A stretch of DNA of 64,000 nucleotides, from the NCBI GenBank assembly GCA_018667855.1, contig JABIRL010000243.1, positions 3,464 through 67,463 on the forward strand, given 5' to 3'. Under the pieces are notes generated by a model, which ran no database searches, was not told where the DNA came from, and saw only the letters and a list, made by a program, of their open reading frames with translations. Of the stretch, positions 18,505 to 28,008 are shown one piece after another (the stretch's first letter is position 1; the number at the start of each line of letters is the position of its first letter). A program made the position numbers and the translations under genes. Origin of the DNA: Rhodospirillaceae bacterium. GTDB taxonomy: Bacteria; Pseudomonadota; Alphaproteobacteria; GCA-2731375.

Positions 18505-19887
18505 CTAGCGTCGCGGCAGCATGCCCTGCATGCCCGGCATTTGCTGCCCGCCCAGTCCCGGCAGGCCGCGCATCATGCCTTTTTTGCCCATTTTGGAGAC
18601 CTTTTTCATCATCCCCGACATCTGCTTGAACTGTTTTAGCAGCTTGTTGACTTCCTGCACCGAGGTGCCGGCACCGGCGGCAATGCGTTTTTTGCGCGAG
18701 GCGTGGATCACCTTGGGCTTCAGCCGTTCTTCCGTCGTCATGGACAGAATGATGGCTTCCTGACGCTTGATCAGTTTGGGGTCGATATTGGCCTCGGCCA
18801 TCTGCTTTTTCATCTTGCCGACACCGGGCAGCATGGCCATCAGGCCGTCCAGGCCGCCCATCTTGGAGATCTGGCGCAATTGATCCAGCAGGTCGTTCAT
18901 GTCGAACTGACCCTTCTGGATTTTTTTCGCCAGCTTGTCTGCTTCCTGTTCGTCAATATTCTCGGTGGCTTTCTCCACCAGTGAAACAACATCGCCCATA
19001 CCAAGGATGCGGGAGGCGATGCGGTCGGGATGGAAGGTCTCGATCTCGTCAAGTTTTTCGCCGACGCCCAGCAATTTGATGGGGCAACCGGTGACCGCGC
19101 GCATGGACAGCGCCGCGCCGCCGCGACCGTCGCCGTCAACGCGGGTCAGCACGATGCCGGTCAGGTTCAGTCGCTTACCGAATTGTTCGGCCACGTTGAC
19201 CGCGTCCTGGCCGGTCAGACTGTCGACCACCAGCAGGGTTTCCACCGGTTTCGCCACGCCATGAATGGCCTGCACCTCGGCCATCAAGGCCTCGTCCACA
19301 TGCATGCGGCCGGCGGTGTCCAGCAGTATAATGTCAAAGCCCTGCAGCTTGGCGGCCTGCATGGCCCGTTTGGCGATGTCGTTGGGGTTCTGCCCCTCGA
19401 CAATGGGCAGGGTGGGCACATCGATCTGTTCGCCGAGTACCTTAAGCTGTTCCATGGCAGCCGGGCGGCGGGTATCGAGAGAGGCCATCATGACCTTCTT
19501 CTTGTCCCGCTCCACCAGCCGTTTGGCCAGCTTGGCCGTGGTCGTGGTTTTGCCCGAACCCTGCAGGCCGACCAGCATGATCGGCGCGGGCGGCACGGCA
19601 TTCAGGTTGATTTCGACCGCTTCCGAACCCAGGGTCTCGACCAGGGTGTCGTTGACGATCTTGACCACCATCTGGCCCGGCGTGACGCTTTTGACGACTT
19701 CCTCGCCGACCGCGCGTTCGCGCACCTGGGCAATAAAATCACGGGCCACGGGCAGGGCGACATCGGCCTCCAGCAGCGCCTGGCGCACTTCGCGCAGGGC
19801 CGCATCGACGTCGCTTTCACTCAGCGCGCCGCGCCGGGTGAGTTTGTCGAAGACCGTACCAAGCCGGTCTGTCAGGCTATCGAACAT
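18505..19887 (-). CDS. ffh: Signal recognition particle protein Ffh
   Basis: 460 aa with NG domain GLQGSGKTTT, DTAGR, and a C-terminal Met-rich M domain. Confidence 0.9.
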   Translation of the reverse strand: MFDSLTDRLGTVFDKLTRRGALSESDVDAALREVRQALLEADVALPVARDFIAQVRERAVGEEVVKSVTPGQMVVKIVNDTLVETLGSEAVEINLNAVPPAPIMLVGLQGSGKTTTTAKLAKRLVERDKKKVMMASLDTRRPAAMEQLKVLGEQIDVPTLPIVEGQNPNDIAKRAMQAAKLQGFDIILLDTAGRMHVDEALMAEVQAIHGVAKPVETLLVVDSLTGQDAVNVAEQFGKRLNLTGIVLTRVDGDGRGGAALSMRAVTGCPIKLLGVGEKLDEIETFHPDRIASRILGMGDVVSLVEKATENIDEQEADKLAKKIQKGQFDMNDLLDQLRQISKMGGLDGLMAMLPGVGKMKKQMAEANIDPKLIKRQEAIILSMTTEERLKPKVIHASRKKRIAAGAGTSVQEVNKLLKQFKQMSGMMKKVSKMGKKGMMRGLPGLGGQQMPGMQGMLPRR

Positions 19888-20047
19888 CAGCCGTTACCGT
19901 TCCATCAAATGCCGTGATTGGGCCCACGGGTTAAGAATCTTCAATGCGAATTTGACCGGGCCGCACGCCCAATATATGCGCAAGCCTCGATCGCGGCGGT
20001 TTTTAGGCGCAACGGCGGTGGGTGTCAAGCGGTCGCGGCGGCCGCAA

Positions 20048-20974
20048 TCAGCCATCCACCATTGGCCGGACTTGCTCCATGAAAACCGTCATGGACTCCT
20101 CAAGCTGCTCGAGGCTGCCGCAGCCGTTGAAGTTCAGTTGGAACTGATCCAGGTCGGCGTCATCGCGGTATTTTCGGATGTCGGCGGCGATGTCGTCGAC
20201 ACTGCCGTGGCCTGCCAATCTGTCGCCATTCGGGCCGTGGGGGTCCTTGCCGGTGATGTCCGAAACATTGATCCGGAAACTCATGCGGATTTCGGGAGGT
20301 ATCTTGCGTCCGATTTTCTCGCAAGCCACCAGCAATTTGGCCTTGTTGGCGATCAGATCGTCCAGAGGCGTGGGCACGGGTTGCCAGACGGCGGCGAATT
20401 CGGCGGCCCGGCGCAGGGCGGCCTTGGACGAGCCGCCGATCCAGATGGGAGGATGCGGCTGTTGCACGGGTTTTGGTGAACAATGCATATCATCGAACTG
20501 GTGATAGGCGCCCTGGAACGAAATCGGGTCGGAAGCCCAGCAAGCCTGACAGACCTTTAGATATTCGTCCGTGCGCGCCCCCCGATCGCCGTGACTGACG
20601 GCAAGGGCGGCGAACTCGCTTTCCAGCCATCCGGCGCCAACGCCAAGGATAATGCGGCCATTGGAAAATTGATCCAGTGTCGCCACGGTCTTGGCGGTCA
20701 GAATGGGGTTGCGGTGGGGCAGGATCAGCACCGAGGTGGCCAACTTAATCCGTTCCGTCCGCGCGGCCAGATAGGCCATGGTCGTCAGGGGTTCGTATAC
20801 ATTACCCCACGATGCCACCATTTCCGGCGGGCCTTTGACGATCAGGTGGTCATTTAGCAAGATGGCGTCAAACCCTAGCGCCTCGGCCCGCTGGGCAGCC
20901 GTGACGATGGCCTCTGGCGTGGCGGGAAAGCCAAGATAGTCGGCGTTGGGGATGCGGAACGAAAATTGCATCAT
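20048..20974 (-). CDS. LLM-class (luciferase-like) flavin/F420-dependent oxidoreductase
   Basis: 308 aa bacterial-luciferase-like TIM barrel (ILGVGAGW). Confidence 0.7.
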   Translation of the reverse strand: MMQFSFRIPNADYLGFPATPEAIVTAAQRAEALGFDAILLNDHLIVKGPPEMVASWGNVYEPLTTMAYLAARTERIKLATSVLILPHRNPILTAKTVATLDQFSNGRIILGVGAGWLESEFAALAVSHGDRGARTDEYLKVCQACWASDPISFQGAYHQFDDMHCSPKPVQQPHPPIWIGGSSKAALRRAAEFAAVWQPVPTPLDDLIANKAKLLVACEKIGRKIPPEIRMSFRINVSDITGKDPHGPNGDRLAGHGSVDDIAADIRKYRDDADLDQFQLNFNGCGSLEQLEESMTVFMEQVRPMVDG

Positions 20975-20984
20975 TTACCTCGAA

Positions 20985-21782
20985 TTACTTATCTTCGAAT
21001 TTCGGGGCCGAGGCGCTGCCGCCGCCGTCCACGGCGATGCGCTGGCCGTTGACGTAGCTGTTGGCTTCCGAGACCAGGAAACAGACCACGTTGGCGATAT
21101 CGTCGGGCTGGCAGACATGGCCGAACGGCATGTGCGCATCCGGTTGGCGCAGATCCTCAATGCCTGATCTCGCCTTGACAAGGCGGCGGCCCATGTCCGT
21201 CTCAACCAGGGGCGGCGCCACGATGTTGGTGCGGATGTTGTTCTTTTGCTCTTCCTTGGCCAGGGTGAAAGCTAATCCTTCCATGGCCGCCTTGCCCATA
21301 TTATAGGGCGCGCCGAACGCGCCGTAGCTGTCCGTCGCGACGGAGGAGATCATGACGATGTCGCCCCGGTCCTGGTCCCGCATCATGGGAATGACCAGTT
21401 TGGAAAGATAATGCGGGCCAAAGGCATGGACCCGGACCACCCGCTCCATCTCCGCCGGCTCGGTGTCGGCGACCGATTGCCCCCGGCTGGCGATGCCGGC
21501 GTTGTTGACCAAAATCCCGACCGGACCCATCTCGCGGCCGATATCGGCCACCATCGCGGTGGCCTGCTCCAGATCCTCGATGGACGCCTGGAATGCCTGC
21601 GCCTTGCGGCCCAAGGCCTGAATTTCCGCTACCGCTTCCGCCGCCGAGGCCTCGTCGCGGCGGTAGTTGACGGCGATATCGGCGCCGTCCTTGGCCAGAG
21701 CCACGGCAATGGCCCGGCCGATCCCTCTGCCCGCACCGGTTACCAGGGCAATGCGTCCGTTTAATGACATGTCGATCTCCAA
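20985..21782 (-). CDS. SDR family oxidoreductase (FabG-like)
   Basis: GRIALVTGAGRGIGRA Rossmann motif, NNAG, and a Y-x3-K catalytic layout. Confidence 0.8.
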   Translation of the reverse strand: MEIDMSLNGRIALVTGAGRGIGRAIAVALAKDGADIAVNYRRDEASAAEAVAEIQALGRKAQAFQASIEDLEQATAMVADIGREMGPVGILVNNAGIASRGQSVADTEPAEMERVVRVHAFGPHYLSKLVIPMMRDQDRGDIVMISSVATDSYGAFGAPYNMGKAAMEGLAFTLAKEEQKNNIRTNIVAPPLVETDMGRRLVKARSGIEDLRQPDAHMPFGHVCQPDDIANVVCFLVSEANSYVNGQRIAVDGGGSASAPKFEDK

Positions 21783-21882
21783 ATGACTGAATTTACTTTG
21801 TTGCGCGGCAAGATATCAGGCTGCTCGATCTTTGAGTAGGAAACATGTGCTATGATTTTCCATGATCAGTGGGGAGGCCGCT

Positions 21883-22839
21883 ATGGGCAACAACGCTATA
21901 GGGATCGAACGGCTGGGCCGCAGCCTTTGTGCCCAGGTGCATGGCGCGGATTTGTCGAAGCCGTTGTCGGATGCCGATTTCGCGGCCATTCACGATGGCC
22001 TGGCGGAACACGAAATGCTGCTGTTTCGCGATCAGGATATCACCGCCTCGTCGCAGCTTGAATTCGGCCGCCGCTTCGGACCGCCCTCGGTGCATCCGTT
22101 CTCACCCAACCTGGCGGATATGCCGGAATTGATCGTGCTGGATAATCACCAGGACAACCCGCCGCGCCTCACGGATATCTGGCACAGCGACGAGACCTTC
22201 CGGGCGGAGCCGCCCATGGCGACAATTCTGCGTTCGACCATTACGCCGAAACTGGGCGGCGATACCATGTTTGCCTCAATGTCGGCAGCTTACGATGATC
22301 TCAGTGATCACTTGCAGCACTTCCTCTCGGGCCTGGAGGCGGTGCACGATTTCAAGCCGTTCCGCACCCTGCTGGCCAACGACGAAGATGGGCACCGCCG
22401 ACTGCGCGAACTGGAAGCGAAATTCCCCCTGCAACACCATCCCGTCGTCCGGCTGCATCCCGTCAGCGGCCGCAAGGTGATTTTCGTCAATCCGCAATTC
22501 ACCATCGGCATCAAGGGCATGGACGAACGGGAAGCCCAGCCGCTGCTGGCCATGCTGTTTGATTTGGCCAAGGTGCCGGAATATCAATACCGCCTGCAAT
22601 GGCAGCCGAATACTTTGGCGATCTGGGACAATCGCTCGGTACTGCATTACGCCATTCATGACTACCAACCGCAGCGCCGTCGCATGGAGCGGATCACCAT
22701 TTGCGGCGACCGGCCCTTTGGCGTTCAGGACGGCCGGCAGGTGCCGTTAATCGCGCGTCAGCCCATCGCGGCCGAGACGCCATCGGCCGTCGAGGCGGAG
22801 CCGGTGCGCGAAGTCTATCGAGGGGGGCGCAACGCATGA
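21883..22839 (+). CDS. tauD: Taurine dioxygenase-like Fe(II)/2-oxoglutarate dioxygenase (TauD/TfdA family)
   Basis: Long collinear blocks match E. coli TauD as I recall it from memory (LSKPLSD, FLRDQ, WHSDETF HxD motif, HPVVRLHPVSG, AIWDNRSVLHYA). Start is either 21862 or 21883. Confidence 0.8.
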   Translation: MGNNAIGIERLGRSLCAQVHGADLSKPLSDADFAAIHDGLAEHEMLLFRDQDITASSQLEFGRRFGPPSVHPFSPNLADMPELIVLDNHQDNPPRLTDIWHSDETFRAEPPMATILRSTITPKLGGDTMFASMSAAYDDLSDHLQHFLSGLEAVHDFKPFRTLLANDEDGHRRLRELEAKFPLQHHPVVRLHPVSGRKVIFVNPQFTIGIKGMDEREAQPLLAMLFDLAKVPEYQYRLQWQPNTLAIWDNRSVLHYAIHDYQPQRRRMERITICGDRPFGVQDGRQVPLIARQPIAAETPSAVEAEPVREVYRGGRNA

Positions 22840-23678
22840 TACTGGTGCAAATATCGGACACCCATATCGATGAGCCTGATACGTTGGTTTACGGCCATTT
22901 CGATACATCCCTGGCTTTGGCCCAGGCAGTCGCGGCGATCAATGCCATGGACCCCGCGCCAGATCTGGTGCTGCACACAGGTGACATCGCCTCCCATGGC
23001 AGCGTGCCCCGGTACGAAGCCTTCAAGGCCATCGTCGACGAACTAAAGGCGCCCTTGGCGCTTATGCCTGGCAATCACGATGACCGGGATGCGCTGCGGG
23101 AAGTCTTCGGCGGTACGCAACGACTGCCGGCGACCGGCGATTTCCTGCATTTCGTCATCGACGACCAGACGGTGCGGATTATCTGTTGCGATAGCGTGAT
23201 CGCCGGCGATACGCCGGGCGAGATGTGCGCGGAGCGACTGGCCTGGCTGGATGAACAATTGGGCGCGGCAACGGACCGTCCCACCATTGTCGCCCTGCAT
23301 CATCCACCCTTCTATTCGGGCATGACCGGCAGCTCAGCCAAGGGATTGAAAAATGGCGGCGGTGAACTGGATGCCCTGCTGCGCCGCCACCCCCAGGTCG
23401 TACGCGTCCTGGCCGGCCATTCACACCGGCCCATGACCACGGCCTTTGGCGGCACTATTGCCTTTGCCGGACCCACCACCTGCTATCCCTTCGGCCTGGA
23501 TACCGGGCCGGAGCGGGTCCTGAACGTCACCTACGAGCCGCCGGCATATGCCGTACATTTATGGCTGGGAGACGCATCGCCCGCCGGCGCCGATCTGGTT
23601 ACACACACTGTGCCGATAGGCGACTGGCCGGCGCCCATGGCTCTCTTGAAGGCCGGCGTAAAAGTATTGGACGTTTAA
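22836..23678 (+). CDS. Calcineurin-like metallophosphoesterase, GpdQ/CpdA class (phosphodiesterase)
   Basis: MILVQISDTHID...HTGDI...PGNHDD motifs I-III and the GHSHR motif. The ATG overlaps the tauD stop (ATGA). Confidence 0.75.
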   Translation: MILVQISDTHIDEPDTLVYGHFDTSLALAQAVAAINAMDPAPDLVLHTGDIASHGSVPRYEAFKAIVDELKAPLALMPGNHDDRDALREVFGGTQRLPATGDFLHFVIDDQTVRIICCDSVIAGDTPGEMCAERLAWLDEQLGAATDRPTIVALHHPPFYSGMTGSSAKGLKNGGGELDALLRRHPQVVRVLAGHSHRPMTTAFGGTIAFAGPTTCYPFGLDTGPERVLNVTYEPPAYAVHLWLGDASPAGADLVTHTVPIGDWPAPMALLKAGVKVLDV

Positions 23679-23729
23679 CGCCATCGTCGTTGAAGTTTGA
23701 TAGGGCTGTCGGCGGGTGAACTGATCAAC

Positions 23730-24524
23730 CTAAACCGTGGCGGTGACCATGAATTGCGGCAGTATGAAAAGATAGCTGCCGTCGGCAATTGCGGCGTCGA
23801 CCTCGGCCATCACTGCGTCAATCTCGGCCTCCGGCAAGCTGCCACCGGCGCGAGCATACGAGGCAATATTGCGGATCACTCCGGCGAATTGACCATCAGT
23901 ATCAATCGTGGGCAGGATGCCCAAGTCGATTGTAGAATAACCGGCGGTTTGGCATAGGCCGTAAAGCTTGCGGCCAAGCAAAGGTGATTTGTAGGCGTGA
24001 CTGGCCGCCGATATCAAAGCCGCGGTCCGCGCCTGCGACAACGGCTCGAAAACATAAAAACCCCAATCGTTGTCGGTAACATGCAGGCGTCCGCCAGGCG
24101 CTAACACCCGGTGGCAGTCCTGTATGCTGGCCAATGGGTCATCGACATATTTCAGGACGTTCTTGCACAAGATCCGATCAATCGAGCCGTCCTCGAAGGG
24201 CAACCGGTCGTCGCTCATGTGATGCACGGTGATCCTGTCCGTCAGCCCTTCGGCTTGCGCCCGTTCACGTGTGCGCCGGACGAATTTTTCATTGATATCC
24301 ATGGCATGAACGTGGCCGCCCGGCCCGACCCGTTTGGCCAGTTCGACGCACATTTGACCCGGCCCACAACCATAATCTACTACGACTTGATCCGGCCCAA
24401 AACCCGCCGGGGCAATCAGGGGTTCCAACTCTGGCGACCATGCAAATACCTGCTCGTATACTTCGTGCCGCTCTTCCGCCACTTCGACCCAGTGGTCCCG
24501 GTAAAAGGTATCCAACGGCACCAT
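23730..24524 (-). CDS. Class I SAM-dependent methyltransferase
   Basis: VDYGCGPG motif I and a Methyltransf_11-like fold. Confidence 0.75.
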   Translation of the reverse strand: MVPLDTFYRDHWVEVAEERHEVYEQVFAWSPELEPLIAPAGFGPDQVVVDYGCGPGQMCVELAKRVGPGGHVHAMDINEKFVRRTRERAQAEGLTDRITVHHMSDDRLPFEDGSIDRILCKNVLKYVDDPLASIQDCHRVLAPGGRLHVTDNDWGFYVFEPLSQARTAALISAASHAYKSPLLGRKLYGLCQTAGYSTIDLGILPTIDTDGQFAGVIRNIASYARAGGSLPEAEIDAVMAEVDAAIADGSYLFILPQFMVTATV

Positions 24525-24616
24525 GAAATCGCCTCCTTTAAGTGACGCTAGTTTGAAGAATTCGCAATCGAACTACCGCCCTCGGCAACCGCGACAAACC
24601 CAAGTAACAGGAAATC

Positions 24617-25609
24617 TCAGAAGGTGAGGGTCGATAATACCGCCGGCAGGCCGGTGGCCAGGGCGCTCCACTGCGCATCGTTGCTGACCCGCCATACCTC
24701 ACCGGTATCGGTGCCAATGACAACGCCGCCGGGATTTTCCCTATCCGGCGCCAGACCGTGGATATTGGCCGCGGAGGGTGAGTGGGCCTCGTCACAGAGG
24801 GAGCGCCAGCTCTCGCCGCCGTCTTCCGAACGCAGCAGCATCGCCTCCGCGCCGCCCTCGTCCTTGAAGCTTGAAAACGCTGTCGGCGCACTGGCCACGG
24901 TCAGGCCATGGGGCGTGGCCGGGTCAATGCACATGGGGCGGGAGTATCTGGGCGTGATGCCTTTCCAGGCATACTGCCAACTGCCGCCACCATCGTCGGA
25001 GCGGAACACGCCCGCGTTGCCCTCGATCATTTCAGCCACGCCATCCAGACGTCCATAGCCGGTGGAAGCATATATGACGTCCGGATTATCAGGCTGGGCG
25101 CACATCATATGCAGATCCGGATTTTCGCCGGGCAGACTAAATTCCCAGGTTTCGCCGCCGTCCGTGGTGGCCATGATGCCGCCGACTTCCACGCCGACCC
25201 AGATACGGCGCGGGTCGTTTCGGTCGATCACCAGGGCACGGGAGCGGCCGGGCAGCCTGGGCTTGACCGGGACGCACCAATCATCGGCGCCCGGTATTTT
25301 GGTAAACGCTTCATTCTCGATCCAGCTTTTGCCGCCATCGGTGCTTTTGAACAATCCGGCCGGCTGCGTGCCCGCATAAATGGCGCCGTCACCGGCGGCG
25401 CGGACCTGCCAGACTTCGTAGTCGGCCATACCGGACAGCGACCAGGTTTCGCCGCCGTCGTCCGAACTGTACAGCCCCGCACCGGTGCCCGCGAACACGC
25501 GGCCATCGATCGTGACAAGGTCACGAACGCCACGGCCTTCTAGGACCTGCCGCCCCGCGCCATCAGCGATCAAATAAACGCCTTTCGAAGTGCCCGCCAG
25601 AATGCTCAT
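24617..25609 (-). CDS. BNR/Asp-box repeat beta-propeller protein (sialidase-like or Ycf48-like)
   Basis: At least 5 S-x-D-G-G-x-(S/T)-W Asp-box motifs. Confidence 0.6.
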   Translation of the reverse strand: MSILAGTSKGVYLIADGAGRQVLEGRGVRDLVTIDGRVFAGTGAGLYSSDDGGETWSLSGMADYEVWQVRAAGDGAIYAGTQPAGLFKSTDGGKSWIENEAFTKIPGADDWCVPVKPRLPGRSRALVIDRNDPRRIWVGVEVGGIMATTDGGETWEFSLPGENPDLHMMCAQPDNPDVIYASTGYGRLDGVAEMIEGNAGVFRSDDGGGSWQYAWKGITPRYSRPMCIDPATPHGLTVASAPTAFSSFKDEGGAEAMLLRSEDGGESWRSLCDEAHSPSAANIHGLAPDRENPGGVVIGTDTGEVWRVSNDAQWSALATGLPAVLSTLTF

Positions 25610-25715
25610 CTCGATATCCGCCCCTGTTCGTCAATTGTTCGTCAATCCGTTGACATATTGTCCGCCTGTCCGGACATATGTGCAAGGCGCGGATTATTCC
25701 GTTCCTGGCGGTCGG

Positions 25716-26138
25716 CTAACCTTTTTGAATTTCAATCTGCCGTTTCGAGGCTTCGGCCTCCTTCCATTTCGGCAGGCGCAGGGTCAGGACACCGTCCTTG
25801 GCCGAGGCCTCGATATGGTCCTCGTCAACATCGGCCGGCAATCGGAAGACCCGCTGAAAGGCACCGAAGGTGCGTTCCGCGTAATAATAAGTCTTGTCCT
25901 TTTCCTCCCGGGACGAATGCTTTTGACCTTTCACGGTCAGCAGATTGCCGTGGTGCTCGACCTGGATGTCTTCCTCCTTGACGCCGGGTAGTTCGACCTC
26001 GACCACATAGGCATCATCCATGGCCGCGGCGTCCGTGGCCGGTGAGAAGAATTCCGAAATCTTGCCGCCGAACTTGCGCAGGGGATCGGCAATATTCGGC
26101 CACCAATCAGATTGTTTTTGCAGATTTGCTTGAACCAT
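25716..26138 (-). CDS. Hsp20/alpha-crystallin small heat-shock protein
   Basis: 140 aa alpha-crystallin domain (AYVVEVELPGV...GVLTLRLPK). Confidence 0.85.
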   Translation of the reverse strand: MVQANLQKQSDWWPNIADPLRKFGGKISEFFSPATDAAAMDDAYVVEVELPGVKEEDIQVEHHGNLLTVKGQKHSSREEKDKTYYYAERTFGAFQRVFRLPADVDEDHIEASAKDGVLTLRLPKWKEAEASKRQIEIQKG

Positions 26139-26308
26139 TTTCCGTCTCCTTCATGGTTCGTGTTGTCCGTCTATTGTAGATGAGCGCTCGCGCGGCGTGC
26201 GGCAACGGTCTGGGGCGCTTTGTCGCAAGGGGCGTGGTGTCGGCTTGCCAAACAGGCGCGATTGGCCAAAAATGAGGCCGCGAACTTGCCCGGAGCACAG
26301 AAAACAAC

Positions 26309-27472
26309 ATGACAAATTCAGAAACCAGCGGCCCCATATCCGCCTTGGAACATTCCGAAACCATGGCGGCCTATATTCGCCAGGGTGAACAACGGGCCCA
26401 TGCCCTGAGCAATCGCGGTCCCATCAAGCTGGACGGTTCCGGCAATTTGGATGCCGCCATTTTGGAAGCTTATTGGCGACACGGCTTCTACGTTTTTGAG
26501 AATGTCATTGGCGAAGAGGAACTGGCCGAGCTTCGCGCCGACGTGGCGCGGGTTCTGGCGGGGGCACCCACGGCGCCGGATGGCGGATATGATGCCCAGG
26601 GAAATCCGGCCATCGGCGGCGAATTTGCCCTGCCTCCCTATGGCTGGGCCAAACCGTTGAGCGATCCCTTGGGCGGCACGTCCAAGAACAAGGGCCGCCA
26701 TCCGGTCAAGATGCAGGATCCGACGCCGCCCGCCGACGGACCGGATTGGACCATCGAACGCTTGCGGGGAAACCTGCAATTGATGGAGTCCTGTGTTCGT
26801 TTGTATGGACATCCCGGCCTGTTGGCTGTGGCGGCGGCGGTCAACGGCGATGATTTCGTGCCGTACAACGAAGTGGTTTTCATCAAGGAACCGGGCCTGG
26901 GGCCGTCGGTCGCCTGGCACCAGGACGGCACCACCCATTGGGATGCGCCCGATTGGGATCAGGGGGCGCATGGCTTCAATTTCATGGCGCAGCTTTATCC
27001 CTCCACCGCCGGCAACGGCGTCTGGGTGCTGCCCGGCAGTCACAAGCTGGGTAAGGTTGATATCAAGAAACTGGTGGCGGACAGTGGATCCGAACGTATC
27101 GAAGGCGCGGTGCCTTTGTTGTGCCAGGCCGGTGATGTCTTCATCACTAACCGCCAGGCGGTGCATGGCTCCTTCGCCAATTCATCGCCCGATAGGCGCG
27201 TTACATTGAATGAGGGCTTTTTCCCGCGAAATCGCGTGCTGGATGTCTCCACCAGCAAACTGGACGGCACCGCCGTGTCCTATGACGCGGAACAGATCCA
27301 AGAACGCAGCCGTCTGATCGCCGTCGCCACCGACGCCCGGCGCCAGCGTTTTCCCGATGAAGCGCAATATCGGTATCGCCCGCTGATCGGCCAGGAAGAC
27401 GATAACAGATGGAATGCCGAAACCCGCGAGACCCTGGTGAAAGATTACAACATCAAGGACTTCTACATTTAA
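26309..27472 (+). CDS. Phytanoyl-CoA dioxygenase (PhyH) family Fe(II)/2OG oxygenase
   Basis: WHQDGTTHW HxD motif, a distal H, and a PhyH-like length. Confidence 0.7.
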   Translation: MTNSETSGPISALEHSETMAAYIRQGEQRAHALSNRGPIKLDGSGNLDAAILEAYWRHGFYVFENVIGEEELAELRADVARVLAGAPTAPDGGYDAQGNPAIGGEFALPPYGWAKPLSDPLGGTSKNKGRHPVKMQDPTPPADGPDWTIERLRGNLQLMESCVRLYGHPGLLAVAAAVNGDDFVPYNEVVFIKEPGLGPSVAWHQDGTTHWDAPDWDQGAHGFNFMAQLYPSTAGNGVWVLPGSHKLGKVDIKKLVADSGSERIEGAVPLLCQAGDVFITNRQAVHGSFANSSPDRRVTLNEGFFPRNRVLDVSTSKLDGTAVSYDAEQIQERSRLIAVATDARRQRFPDEAQYRYRPLIGQEDDNRWNAETRETLVKDYNIKDFYI

Positions 27473-28008
27473 GATTGTTCCGACGGTCCAAGTCGGCACT
27501 CTTTTATGACCCTTACGGGATAGAATTCGGCGCAATCGGCGACGTCGAAGACGACCTCGAATGGTGAGATCGTTTCCTTTGTGAGCCTTATGGCGGCCGC
27601 CTTGTTGGATGGCGTGACGGACATCGCTAATGTCGCGTGGGGCACCCAGTTTTCCGGCCGGTAGTGCGGCGCGCACAACGCCGGATCAATCCGCCTGTTT
27701 ATTTCCGCCTGTGTATTTTTTAGTTCGGTGGAAAACACAGGCGCTGCCCAAATGACAAGGCTTGGTTCCTCGAAGTAGTTCAATGCCTCGAACCTCAACG
27801 TAAAGGGATCGATCTTTTCGAAGCTCGATTGCATCGTCTCAGACAAAAGACCTTCGTCGATGGCATCGTACCGCGCCAGGGTAATGTGCGGCGGGTAGTT
27901 CAGGGCAGCCATGGAGCCTTCCGCTTCGAGCGCGCCAAAACGCGTCCAAAAACCGGAAATCGCTTTCGCCGTTTTGTTCTGCGATTTAATTGAAATCGCA
28001 TAGGGCAT
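27469..28008 (-). CDS. 2H phosphoesterase superfamily protein (LigT / 2'-5' RNA ligase-like)
   Basis: Two H-x-T-x motifs (PPHITLARY, VPHATLAMS) about 90 aa apart. Confidence 0.65.
   Translation of the reverse strand: MPYAISIKSQNKTAKAISGFWTRFGALEAEGSMAALNYPPHITLARYDAIDEGLLSETMQSSFEKIDPFTLRFEALNYFEEPSLVIWAAPVFSTELKNTQAEINRRIDPALCAPHYRPENWVPHATLAMSVTPSNKAAAIRLTKETISPFEVVFDVADCAEFYPVRVIKECRLGPSEQS

Noticed and set aside
19030-20479. Two long plus-strand ORFs (295 and 404 aa)
   Set aside because: Both are antisense to ffh and to the LLM oxidoreductase. No domain signatures were found.
26139-26308. Sigma-32 heat-shock promoter upstream of the Hsp20 gene
   Set aside because: The candidate CTTGCGA and CCCCAGAC boxes have the wrong spacing (about 7 nt rather than 13-15). 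No call was made.
26318-27166. 282-aa minus-strand ORF
   Set aside because: It is antisense to the PhyH-family gene, which has a clear HxD motif.
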